Assembly (NCBI RefSeq): GCF_018350175.1
Contig: NC_058370.1
Location: forward strand, 3,720,001 to 3,784,000
Source of the DNA: Felis catus
Taxonomy: Eukaryota
DNA: 64,000 nt
Direction: 5' to 3'
The translations under genes were made by a program, and so were the position numbers. The notes under the pieces were generated by a model. The model made no database searches. It saw only the letters and a program-made list of their open reading frames with translations, and was not told the origin of the DNA. Of this stretch, positions 1 through 10,913 are shown piece by piece. How positions within the stretch are numbered: position 1 is the first letter of the stretch; every line of letters starts with the position of its first letter.

Positions 1-204
1 CACGTGCTGAACGAGGCAGGGGCTCTGGGGCGTCTGCAGGCAGCCGGATCCTGCGTGTTAATGCCTCGCTCCCCAAAAGTTGCTTTTCTGTAGTGACGTC
101 GACAACAATCACCAGGAGCAGACACTTCCGGAGGGCTCAGGATGTGTCCGGACAGAGTTGGGGATTCCTGCGGATTACCTAAATGCAGCAACCCCGGGCT
201 ATGG

Positions 205-310
205 TGAGGCATTATCCTCACGTGTAATTGAGGACACAGGCTCAGAGAGGTTGAGTGACTTATTCACAGTCACACAGCTTAGTGAGGAGTTGAGGCATGT
301 CTCAGACCCA
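205..310 (-). mobile_element. MIR fragment
   Basis: gaggacacaggctcagagaggttgagtgacttattcacagtcacacagcttagt resembles the reverse MIR core. Confidence 0.75.
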
Positions 311-1009
311 GGTTGGCCCAGCAAACACATTGCCCTGAATTCCCTAATTCTACACCCCTGGGCGAGCTACAGACCCCTGTACCTCCGTTTCACCTTGACA
401 GAAAAGGCAACGACACTAGTGATAAAACCCCAGAGGCATTTCCAGCATAAAACGAGCTAATGCATGTGCTCAGAACAGCATCCTGCACACAACCGGCATC
501 CTTCAGAAAATCGGGCCTTTTCTCTGTGTTCCTATACTTTGGTTTGCTACGTTCTCTTTCACGTGAACTCACACTTTTCGTTTCAACTTGTTTATTAGAA
601 GAAAACCCGAATCAGCACCCGGAGTGAGAAACCCGTTCCACCTGTGCTAATGGAAATAAACTTCGCTGTTAAAACGTTCTCTAGCTATTTGCCACAAGCC
701 ACCTCTGCAAACTCCTCTCCCACACCCTGGGGGCACAGGACACACACCGAGGGCAGGAACGAAGAGTCCAGCTGAGGGGTGAGGCTGCATCTCTGGGGCC
801 CCACACCGACCAGGGACAATGGTCTCGCTCCCCGGGCCCTGGCCCGCCCTGCAGCCCGGTGCTTCGCCCGCAGCACAAACCCTCTGTGGCCCCACCTCCG
901 TCCTGTGCCCCAGGGCTCCAGCTGCCTTCAGCCCCTCTCTATCTTACCCTGGCTCTGGCCACACGTACAGACCTTTAGCTCTGCACAAGTCCCCTGGTCT
1001 GTCCTGCTC

Positions 1010-1200
1010 CCTGGCCAACCACAGCCCCCAAATCCAGCCTGTGGGCTGCTTTCATAAATAAGTTTTGCTGGCACCCAGCACATCTTCTGTGGCTGCTTCT
1101 GGGCTACTCAGAAGCGGTGGGCGGTTTCACCGGGAACCTTCTGACCCACAAAGGCAACCGTAGTTAACTGGCTCCGTGCAGAAAAAGTTTGTGGACCCTG
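1010..1200. mobile_element. MER58-like hAT (Charlie) non-autonomous DNA transposon
   Basis: ccaaatccagcc...aaataagttttgctggcacccagc...gcagaaaaagtttgtggaccctg resembles the MER58A body and terminus. Confidence 0.7.
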
Positions 1201-2938
1201 TGCTCTGTCTTTGCAGAGGTCCTTCTCCCAACGGGGATGCTCTTTTCCTCACTCTCTGCCTGGCCAATGCTTGTTCATCGCTAGGCTGCCCCAGCCCCCA
1301 GACTCAGGGAGGGGCCCCAGTGTGCACGCCCGCTGTCGTGGACTCAGCTCAAGGAGATCCGCAGGTTTGTCCGCCTTCCCCCATCACTCTGGGAGGACGA
1401 GACCCGGACACATTCGCCACTAGGACCCCCGACCCGACAGCACATCTCGTCCAGGAGAAAGTCCTTCACACGAATCTGTGGCCTCAACAAGCCAACTGTA
1501 CTCTCGAGACCCCATCCCCAAACCAAGCACACAGGGAAAGAGAGCGCCGGAGGTTAGCAGGGGCGCCGACGGAGCAGGCAGAGCTGAGCAGCAGAAGGAA
1601 CCTGCCAAGGAGAAGTGCCAGGCGCCAGTAGGGGGCTGGGTGCAGCAGGCTAGCACACGGGAGGCTGGGCGGCCAAGGGGCAGGGCTCAGGCGGGGTCAG
1701 GCCGACCACCACTTTGACGCAAGCCTGATGCTTGGGGCCACCGGGGCACAGGCATATGCTGAGAGGGTCTCTGTAGGAGAGGCCAGGACTGTCCCAAGGG
1801 TCACAGCTCTTCAGACCGCAAACTCCTATCACATCTTCAAGCTGGGGTAAGACTGGGGAGGCACAGCCACCCCCAGGGAGGGCGGGGCACGGCTCTCAGC
1901 AGGTGCCCACTAGTGCCGGCCGGGGCGGCCAGTGGAAAGCGTCGGTGTGAGCCTTGTTTGGCAGAAGAAGGCAGCAGAGAACAGATGCCCACCTGGCTCC
2001 AAAGCCACAGAAGCCCCAGCAGGCCTGTCCACACGGCCTGGATTTCCAACCTGCCACGCTTGTGCAGACGGTTCAACTTCCAACCCCCACCCTGTGCCTG
2101 GCGTACTTATAGCTTGTAATTTTTACGAGGGGAGAAGTTCCCAGCTTGACGGTGAGGTCCCCCCGAGTATTTCTGCAAAAAAGCTAATGGGTCAGAGGAG
2201 ATGCGGGTGCTTCAAAGCACCACGGGCTCCTTCGGGGGGCTCGTGTTTTGCCTCCTCTCTGCCTTCCCTTCCTCCCCACCTCACCCACAGCTGGCCCGTC
2301 TGGTCCAGTCAGTGAAAACCACCACGGCCACGGCCCCCGCCGTCCCCACGGAGGCTCAGAGCGGTGCACACTACCTTCAAACGGCACCGAATGAGAACTA
2401 CTGTTCTTCCCGCTTAAGAGAGCTGGGAAAAGAGGTTTCAAGCAACACATGCAGCACGCCCTTCGGCAAGGTGGCGAGGACAGCCCTGCACGAGGAACAT
2501 GGCATCCGACGCCCTACATGCACCACACGGCTCCGGGCGCTGTGCGCCGGGCACTGGGGTCATGCTCTGTGGAGGACACAGCCACCTGCTGAGGATCTGG
2601 GCCACTCGGAAGGTCCCTCGACCCCATCCCGCCCTCCTGTCTTGGGGTCAACGAGGATGCCCGTACGGACACCGGCTCGCTCCCCTGGAGAGAATTTTCC
2701 TGCTCAGACGTTCCCAGTGGCAAGACACTGTCCCGGGAAGAGCCAGAGAAAAATGCCCCGGCAGAGTTTAAACTGCACACGGCAAAGTATGGCAGGGCTC
2801 GGAGCCCAGAGCATGGCTGTGCCTCCAAGGACAGGATTCTACCAGAGCTATTGTCCAGGCCGTGGCCAGGGACCTCGGCTGCCACCCAGCCAACGGCCAT
2901 CCCGGCAGTGGCTCAGCCCCGCACGGTTACAGCCGTAC

Positions 2939-3121
2939 CTGCATCGTCAGAATGGGAGTCCGAGGGCAGTGGTGCGTCCAGGGAAGGCTGGTCTGTCCCG
3001 GTGGCCAAAGGGCTTCCTGGCTGGGCTTCTTCTGAAGTCAGCATCTCCTGCTTGGGGGTGGACGGTTCGCTCTGTGCCGCTCGGGGGCCCCCGTCAGGAT
3101 TGCACACTTTGCTCTCAGCAT
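2939..3121 (-). CDS. PHACTR3: PHACTR3 internal coding exon (equivalent to exon 4): Ser/Pro/acidic linker
   Basis: Translates to (D)AESKVCNPDGGPRAAQSEPSTPKQEMLTSEEAQPGSPLATGTDQPSLDAPLPSDSHSDDA, similar to recalled human DAESKTCNPDGGPRSVQSEPPTPKSETLTSEDAQPGSPLATGTDQVSLD. Branch-like ctgac plus tttccttacag acceptor, donor G|gtacgg; 183 bp. Confidence 0.95.
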
Positions 3122-3934
3122 CTGTAAGGAAACGCGGCGGTCAGCGGAGCCCGCGCCTCCCTTCCGACACGCTTGCACTCACGCGGGGTGCCTTCCTGGG
3201 AGACGTGCCATCCCAGGCCCTGCTGTGGTGCCCCTTCAGTTCTTCCCCACGCCACCCCCCGGAGTCCCCCTCCACATCCGGTCTTCTTAAGGGAGTCCCA
3301 GCACTGCCTCACCCCCCTGTCCCCCGCCGTCCCCGGGGCCTCTGTGCACCGCCTGCCTATGGGAGCCTAGGAAAGCCTCCACCCACCTCCGTAGTGCACG
3401 CCCCCCACTCCCACGCTGGTCTCCGCCCTGCGGCTCGCTCGACCAACAGCGCATCCGCAGGTTGGACGCAGCTGTGCCTTTAAAAGTGCTCGCAGGCTCC
3501 TGCAGTCAAGCCACCGCTGCCCTCGCTGCTGGGACACGCGGGGCCAGCGGGCCGGGGCGAGAGGCAGACGGTGCAAACCTGAGCTGCTCCTGTCCTGGCA
3601 GCAGAGGTCAACCCAGACGGGACAACAGACCCTGGCTGCCGTATGCCCTGAGGTGCTGCAGGCATCTGCCACAGGACATTGTCACGGCTACCGGTAACCA
3701 ATCCACGTTTGCACCCACCATTCCACAATCAGGTCCCTGGTACGCAAACCTTCTCAGTCCCCCACTGTGAGTCTGGGACTGGGCCCACCCAGGGAGGCGG
3801 GGATGAACAAGTCAGTCCTTGCCGGCAGGGGGCTCACACTCCGAGGCACCGCAAGCCCAGGACTAGGGGCACAGAGCGGGGAGTCCCTCGGTCTAGACAG
3901 GTGGCCTTCTCAGGAAAAAATAACCCCAGGCTCA

Positions 3935-4137
3935 CGGTGCCCGAGTGGCTCAGTCCGTTAAGCATCCGACTCTTGGTTTTGGCTCAGGTCATGATCTGGT
4001 AGTTCATGGGTTCAAGCCCCACGTCGGGCTCCATGCTGACAGTGCTGAGCTTGCTTGGGATTCTCTCTCTCCCTCTGTCTGCCGCTCTCCCACTCATGCT
4101 CCTTCTCTCTCTCAAAATAAATAAATAAACTTAAAAA
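3935..4137 (+). mobile_element. Can-SINE (tRNA-derived carnivore SINE)
   Basis: gtggctcagtccgttaagcatccgactc...ggctcaggtcatgatc head, CT-rich tract, aaataaataaataaac tail. Confidence 0.93.
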
Positions 4138-4299
4138 TATTGCTTCAAAAAATGACCCCAGGTTCCTAGTAGGGCTGAAACAAGGATCCAGTGTCTCCCC
4201 TTGCTTGGGGGCTCGGCTGCTGGAACTTGGGAGGGTGTGGCCTTTGACTGAAAATGAAGGGGGGGCTTTGTGCCCAGGTGCATAACCGGCCCAGTCGCA

Positions 4300-4317
4300 T
4301 GGCCACCAGAGGGCGGG
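4300..4317 (+). promoter_or_regulatory. CTCF-like motif
   Basis: TGGCCACCAGAGGGCGGG closely matches the CTCF consensus TGGCCACCAG(A/G)GGGCGC; motif only, no binding evidence. Confidence 0.45.
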
Positions 4318-5164
4318 TCCGGGCTGGGACACAGCCAGCTGATAACCATCACCCCTTCTGAGACACAGAGCACCGACCCATGCACGGGGCACCTGCACGG
4401 CCCCCTCAGGTGTCACGGCCAGTTCAGGGAGGTCACCACGGCACAGAGCAGCAGTGTGACCCACACACGTCCCTCCGTGGGGAGACGGCACGGCGGGGAG
4501 GTCAGCCTGGCTCGGGAGAGCTGCTTCCCATCCCCGTGGCGGGGGGTGCGGGGGTCGGTCTCAGAGTCAGGCCCCTTCCGCCTCCGCCTGTCTCCCTCCC
4601 TACCTGCTGCCCTCGTGTCCCCCAACAACGTCCCTTTCACCCCCAAAGTTGGACAAGAAGTAGGTCACCCTACCCATGCCTCCCATCCCACGGCAGACAC
4701 CTCTGGGCATCCGCTTCCCGGCCTCCGAGACGGGGGTAACAACATCGCTACTTGCTTCACGGCCTCCACGTGGGAATTAAATCAGTTCCGCTACACCACG
4801 CACCTGGCCAAGAGCAGGCACGCGACATGTGCTTGCAATTATCGTTACTGCCCTTGATGAGGCCTGACAAGGAAGCCTGAGGGCCCGGCCCCTGGGCTGA
4901 GCCCGCGCGCCCACGTGAGGGTGACAGGCTCCCTCAGCAGGATCCTCGCCGCACCCGGGACTGGGGCCTGGTGCCCGGCGTGGGACCCCAAAGGGACGGG
5001 AGTCGCAGCTGATGCCCACCAAGACCCCCCCCCCCCCCCCGGCTGCACAGCCCTCTCCCCAGGGAAGGGCAGAGAGGCCGGCCAGCCGGAAGTCTGGAGA
5101 TTTGGGGCTGGGAAGGGCTCGGCTATGCAGCCAGGTCAGCTGACCAAAGGTCCTAGACGAGGAG

Positions 5165-5360
5165 CCAGAAGCCTCTTCCAAAAAAGGAGACAGCTGGTAT
5201 TTTAGACTTTGTGGCCCACACGGCAGGTACTGCGTTCTTTTTTAATTTTCACAAAACCCTTTAAGTTTAAAAACCGTGCCCAGCCCGAGGGCCTTGCAAA
5301 ACCTGCTCCCGGACCAGACCTGCTGCAGACTTGCAGCGATGGTCTGCCAACCCGCCCTGG
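5165..5360. mobile_element. MER58-family hAT element, degenerate
   Basis: tattttagactttgtggcccac...aaaccctttaagtttaaaaacc...ggtctgccaaccc resembles MER58-type internal and terminal sequence. Confidence 0.55.
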
Positions 5361-8300
5361 CGCAGGCAAAGACCCAGATGCCAGCCAAGGGCGCGGACCC
5401 AGTGGGCATAGCTGAACGTCACAAAGCTCAAAACTACACTTTCCCGGACGTCGCTCAGGGCTGATTTACACGGACTCGACATGCAGTCGTGACGGTCTCT
5501 GCCACCAGCTTACTTGGTCCTCGGTGGCAGGGCGCAGAGCACAGCTGGCACCGAGGGGCCTGCCTGCCGGGGACACAGCACCGTCTCGGCCAGACCGCAC
5601 ACCTCCGCGAGGGGAGGCTGCCGCCCGCCGCTTACAGAGGCACACCCCTCCTTCGAAAGGACAGGCCGCTGGCAGCCAGGGACGACCACTGTTTGAACCC
5701 ACGACCCTCCCCTAGTCATCACCAACGACAATCACGTGACCAGAACTCGCCCGTGTGGGGCCCAGAGGCCTGCAGCCCGTGGCCAGCTCAGCCAAGGCTT
5801 CATCCTCCCCGAACACGCGGACTTAGGGGCCCTCCCCTGCGTCCCCGCTCAGAGCACTTGTAGGACCTTTCTGGGCTGCGCTCAGAGCCCCGGTTCATAA
5901 TCACGTTCAATGAAAAGTTGGCAGTTCCCAAAATAGCCCTGCTGGCAGGGCCGTTGCCTAGAAACGCCATTGGGGGGGGTGGCGAGGAGATGTGGGTGGC
6001 TTGTCCCCTGTGCCTCACCGTTCAGCCAGCCCTCCCTCCCGGCCTGCCCTCCATCGAATGTCCGTCCTCCCCCCGGGGGCTGTGGAGGGGCACACGGTGG
6101 ACCACCGGTGTCACACAGAGCGGCCACGGCGACAGGAACGTGCCGCAAACACACGCACCGCGCCCGGCCTTCCTGCCACGTAGCAGCCAGATGCACCTGA
6201 CTCGTCGCCGCCCAACCCCCCCTCCCCGAGGAAGGAAACCACGCGTCTCTCGGGTCACCGAACACAAGTATCTTTTTTACACCCGGTGCTGGAACGGGAG
6301 ATTCCTCCAGTTACTGAAGCAAATGCCGAGTGGACGCACGCGGGAAGACGGAGCAAAGTCACTGGGGGGAAATGTGCAGGCTCCTGTCCCGTGGGCTAGG
6401 ACGCGGCGGAGGGGCTGGGACGCTGCTGGCCCTCGCCAGTCACCCAGGAGTCGGCGGAGCCTGGCCAAAGCAGGGAAGGGTCACCTGCCCCCTCCCCGCG
6501 CACACCCGGCACATCAGCAGACTTGCAGGAACAAGGGGGGTGGGGGGTCAGACGGCCTCATAAAACCACACGCCCGGGAGGGACACGGGCTCATCTCCCG
6601 GGGACCCCGGGGCTCTTCCCTGCAGTCCCCTCCCGGGGACCAGCTCACATCATTAGGCTGCTGACTGCTCTAGGGGTGGGCAAACCCCCAGGTGACACAC
6701 ACGGAGACCGTGCACGTGTGTGGCTTTGTCCTGGCCAAAGAAGGGCACGGGTGAGGTCTGGGGCAGCTCTGCAGGGTCTGTGACCCGAGCCCGTGGCGGC
6801 CTCTCTGGGCCCCTTGGTCACTGTCACCCACACCCACCACCCAGGCGCCCGCTGGGCATGAAGCCCTGGGTACCACTTGGCCACAGGGAGGTGCTCCGGC
6901 TGCAGACAAGCAGCCTGGCTGGCAGCAGGTGCTGGCCACGGAGTCCTTCCTCCGAACCCCGGAGCGGGGGCTCACCCCCACACCGAGGCTACACGGAGGC
7001 CAGTGGAGGGGAGGAGGCTCAGCTCCGAGCCCAGACCCGGAAGGGGGCACTCGGCACCCCCACCAAGGATTCCCAGCACCCAGCCGGCCATCCCAATACC
7101 AGAACAAATCCGGGCGCACACGGCCTGACCAGGACTTGACCCCACCCCCAGTGGGAAAAGGCATTTTCTAAGCAAGTGCTTGGCACAAACCCCAGTGTGG
7201 GGCAGGAGGTGCCCCAGGAGCCTGATGCCAAGCACCGTCCTAGATCCTGCTGTCCCTGCAGCCTCAGGAGCTGGAGCACATGGAGGAAAGTGCATGACAC
7301 GAGCACGTCCCCCTCCTCCCCCCGGCCCCAGGCCGCCTCCCAGAGGCACCCTGCTTCCCTAGCATGCCCGCCTCAGCGACACGCTGGGCAGGCTCACCGC
7401 AGACCCGCTCAGCCCGTGCCCCTGTGCTGCCCCGGGCTCCTGCGGCCACTTGGAAGTGCCTTTGTCACCCGGTAGCTTCCGGGGGGGCGGGGTGCAGGGA
7501 AGATACAAGGCTCTGTCAGACCCAGGGCCCCCTCCACGCTTCCTACCTGCCTGCCCCTCACCCACCTTCTCCCTTCCACCGCGGGCCCTCCAGGGCTGGA
7601 AGATACGTCCCAGTTCCCCGCTCTCTCTGTTTCTCAGCCTCGGTGGCACCAAAGCCAGAGGCAGCTGGGGAGGTACCGTGAAGTCCAGCCGCGTGGGTCC
7701 CGCCCCCAGGGCATTTAATCCAAGAGCGCGCCTGGCGAAGCTAACGCACAGCGCTGCTCGCTCTGAGAACGAGCCTGCTCTCCCAGGGCCCTGGGATCCC
7801 CCGCAGACATGACCCCATGGCCCCCTGCCCAGGTCGGGTCCCGGGGTCTTGTTCTCCAGGTGCTCACCCTACCCCCTCCGTGGTGATCCTGCATCGTGGG
7901 ACCATCTCCTGTGGCATCACTTAATGAGCACGGTTTCAACCCCTGAGGAAGGAGACCGTGTGTCGGACCCACCTGGTTCCCGGTTCATAATCACTCGGCG
8001 AGACAAAGTGTGATCTAAAGGGGGGGGTGGCAGATGACACTCTGGGGGCCAAAGCCAGACCCCGCCTGCTCCATATGGCCCATCAGTCATCAGACAAAAC
8101 CGTTTAACAAAGGTTCAGAGCTGAGGATAAGGCAGACTGCTCTTCTGGAAGACTCCCCTTCGGTTCTGCACCCACCCCTCTGTTTTCCTGACAGCAATCA
8201 AATCCGTCCACTTACTTTTCATGCACCAGCGATAGTATTTTCTATGATAGATGATACACAGGCCTCAAGTCTGTTTTCATTTCCCATCCCCCTTCCCCAA

Positions 8301-8555
8301 GATCCAAAGGAAGGTTGGCTGGAAACATGCTCAAAATGCAGGATTTGGAGCTGTTTTGTCCCATCCAGACTAACACAGTCCAAGTTCCTATCAGCAATGA
8401 CATCCCCCCAAACCCGAGAGTCGGAACGTTCGGCATCCGAACCCTGAAGGACTGGGTACCGAGCTCTCCTCTTACACGCAAGTCAGATCATCAGTCGTGA
8501 GCCATCTGCTGTGTTGGTTTCCCAGGAAGACGGCGTCCTCAAAATACTTCACTCT

Positions 8556-8734
8556 GTGGGCACCTGGGTGGCTCGGTCGGTTCAGCGTCCGACTCTCGAT
8601 CTCAGCTCAGGTCATGATCTCTCGGTTTGTCGGACCGAGCCCCGCATCGGGCTCTGAGCTGACAGCACAGAGCCTGCTTGGGATTCTCTCTCTCCCTCTC
8701 TCTCTCTCAAAATAAATAAATAAAATTAAAACCA
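8556..8734 (+). mobile_element. Can-SINE with target-site duplication
   Basis: Typical head and tail; flanked by aaaatacttcactct (8541-8555) and aaaacacttcactct (8735-8749). Confidence 0.93.
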
Positions 8735-9709
8735 AAAACACTTCACTCTTTGAAGCTGAAGAAGAGACATGAGGACAAAGACCACAGGGGGTTTGAGAGC
8801 AGACCGGCAGGACGGGGGCGGAGCCTGGTATACATCCGGATGCCCTGGCTTCGCGGGGTCCCTTCCAGGCCCTGATTCCTGGGCCAAACGACAAACACGC
8901 TAGTGAGATCTAGGACAGGAAGGGGGTAGGGGCGCCATGTGCCCTCACACCCTCTGGGAACTGGCTCCGGGAGGCCAGGACCCTTCAGTCAGGAGGCAAG
9001 AGCTTGGTCCAGCTCGAGAGAGAGCTCCCAGCGGCGGTGAGGTGGAGGGGACACCAGAGTCCCAGAGGAGGAGGACCCACAAAAGGTGTGCGTCGGGCCC
9101 TGAGTCCCGTGCCTCGTCATCACCCAGAGAGCAGGACGAGGCGGGGAGGCCACGAACGTTACGAATGACCCGCGAGCCACAACAGGTGGTGTTTCTCAAA
9201 GACGCAGAGGTGGCCACGCGGATGTCACCGTGGCGAGGCCTCCAGGGCACAGTGTGAGCAGCATCCGAGCGCTCCCGGGGGGCTGAGGGTGCTGTGAAGG
9301 GGTGAGGGTGAGGACGCTCAGCACCCAGAAAGCCGTCCACACGTCACAAGGACCAGCAAGGGTACTAGACGGCCGTGCGAGTAAAAACAACTCGCCCGCA
9401 TCGGGAACAATGACGTCAACAGGAAAAAACCAAAAGCCAATCCTGCCACTTCGTGGGGAACCAGGGCCCGGCAGTGGCCTGGCCCGGGCCCAGCTAGGGC
9501 AGGAAGCCGCCGGACGTGGCCCCACAGGCGTTAGCTCCGGGCCGCTTGCAGAGGTGGCCCCGTAACCTCACAGAGGGACCCGACGGTGAATGGCCTCCTT
9601 CGGGTCCAGCCCCTGTATCCCGATACCCGGCTTCCCGGATCACCGTTCCGCCCTTGACCTTTGCCGGGCGCCCTGGCCCAGCACCTGCCACCGTGGTGGC
9701 CCCACTTAC

Positions 9710-9787
9710 CCCGCTCCATCATCTCCAGGAGACCCTTCTTGATGAGCTCCTCCCGACCTTGCCTGCCGGCCATCTTCTTCTCCAGTG
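9710..9787 (-). CDS. PHACTR3: PHACTR3 internal coding exon (equivalent to exon 3): N-terminal RPEL-type G-actin-binding motif
   Basis: Translates to (A)LEKKMAGRQGREELIKKGLLEMMER. Acceptor tgttgtgcag, donor G|gtaagt; 78 bp; in frame with the flanking exons. Confidence 0.96.
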
Positions 9788-10826
9788 CTGCACAACATAC
9801 AAATAGGCCGGTGAGTCACGGGCAAGACCACGGGGCTGGGGGCCACCGGGCGGGGAGCGCCGTTGGGGACTTCCAAGCTTTCTTACTACACAGCCTGATG
9901 AGCGTTGCACGTACGCACGGCGGAGGGGAGCACATTGAGCGCACTGTTCAAGGCAACGATTTCTGTGATTCATCTGCAAAGCAACGCCTCGGCTAACGCT
10001 TCCCTACGCTGACTCCTGCACATGCCTACCCTCCGCCAAAGGCTTCCCAACTTACCGGCCCAGGACCGCACCTTCCCTCCACCCCCAATACCCGGGGGCG
10101 CTTTTCTGTGGGTCCTGTTATGTTCCCAGACACCCTGGTGGCTCTAGAGCTCTGGTCAGAGCATGGTCTTTTGTGACCACTGCCTTCCCAGAAGTTCCTC
10201 CGAGAAAACCCCGGGCTTTAAAGCTTTCAGAGAAGTTGCCAGACAGGGAGGGAGGACGGGGGCGGGGCCCGGCCAGGGTGCCAGCTCCCACTCACCCCTA
10301 CTCGCGAGGCTGGGGGCTCACTCTGCTTGCTGGTCTTCTTTTCTTCATCTGTCCAGAAAACTATCTGCCTACAGTTAGAACTCAATTTCCAAATACGACC
10401 CCATGCAATTCCTTGGACCCCCTTCTTTGAAAGATGCAAATTGCTGGCTACTAAGCCTGATCCCAGAGGGCCTATGGGTCACCCGTGTGTACCAGCGTTC
10501 TGCCCGGTGGGGGCTGCAGCGGGGAGCACAGACCGGAGCCGGCCTCTCCCCTCGGAGCTTAAAGACTGGCACCAGAGGACAAACAGGTAAGGACGAGGAA
10601 GTCACTTAGCCAAAAATATCTACTGAGCACGCGCCGGGGTGTCCCTGGGAAGCAGAAACAATTCAGCCCCCCTCCCTCCAGGGCTCGAGTGGGAGCCAGC
10701 CGGCAGGGATAACAGAGCTGCTCAAATGCTTAGAACTAATAAAGCATTAACTGAGCACCTACGTTGTAAAGGCATGGGGGAGCCAGACAGGCATGGCCTC
10801 TGCCTGGAGGCAGCGCTGGGGAAGCT

Positions 10827-10913
10827 GGATGAGAAGCATCTACACCTGGGGCCGTGGAATGACCCAGAAGGGATGAGAAGCGTCTACACCTGGGGCCGTG
10901 GAATGACCCAGAA
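10827..10913. repeat. Tandem duplication, 2 x 44 bp
   Basis: ggatgagaagc(a/g)tctacacctggggccgtggaatgacccagaa occurs twice head to tail with one mismatch. Confidence 0.9.

Noticed and set aside
2201-3483. 308-aa and 210-aa plus-strand ORFs overlapping exon 4
   Set aside because: Antisense shadows of a GC-rich exon and intron; no recognisable protein.
5889-7994. Exact 16-mer cccggttcataatcac at 5889 and 7979
   Set aside because: About one 16-bp match is expected by chance among all position pairs in 64 kb, and the flanks are unrelated.
9411-9418. Perfect CRE palindrome TGACGTCA in intron 3
   Set aside because: An 8-mer expected about once per window by chance (another lies inside L1 at ~35111); no supporting context.
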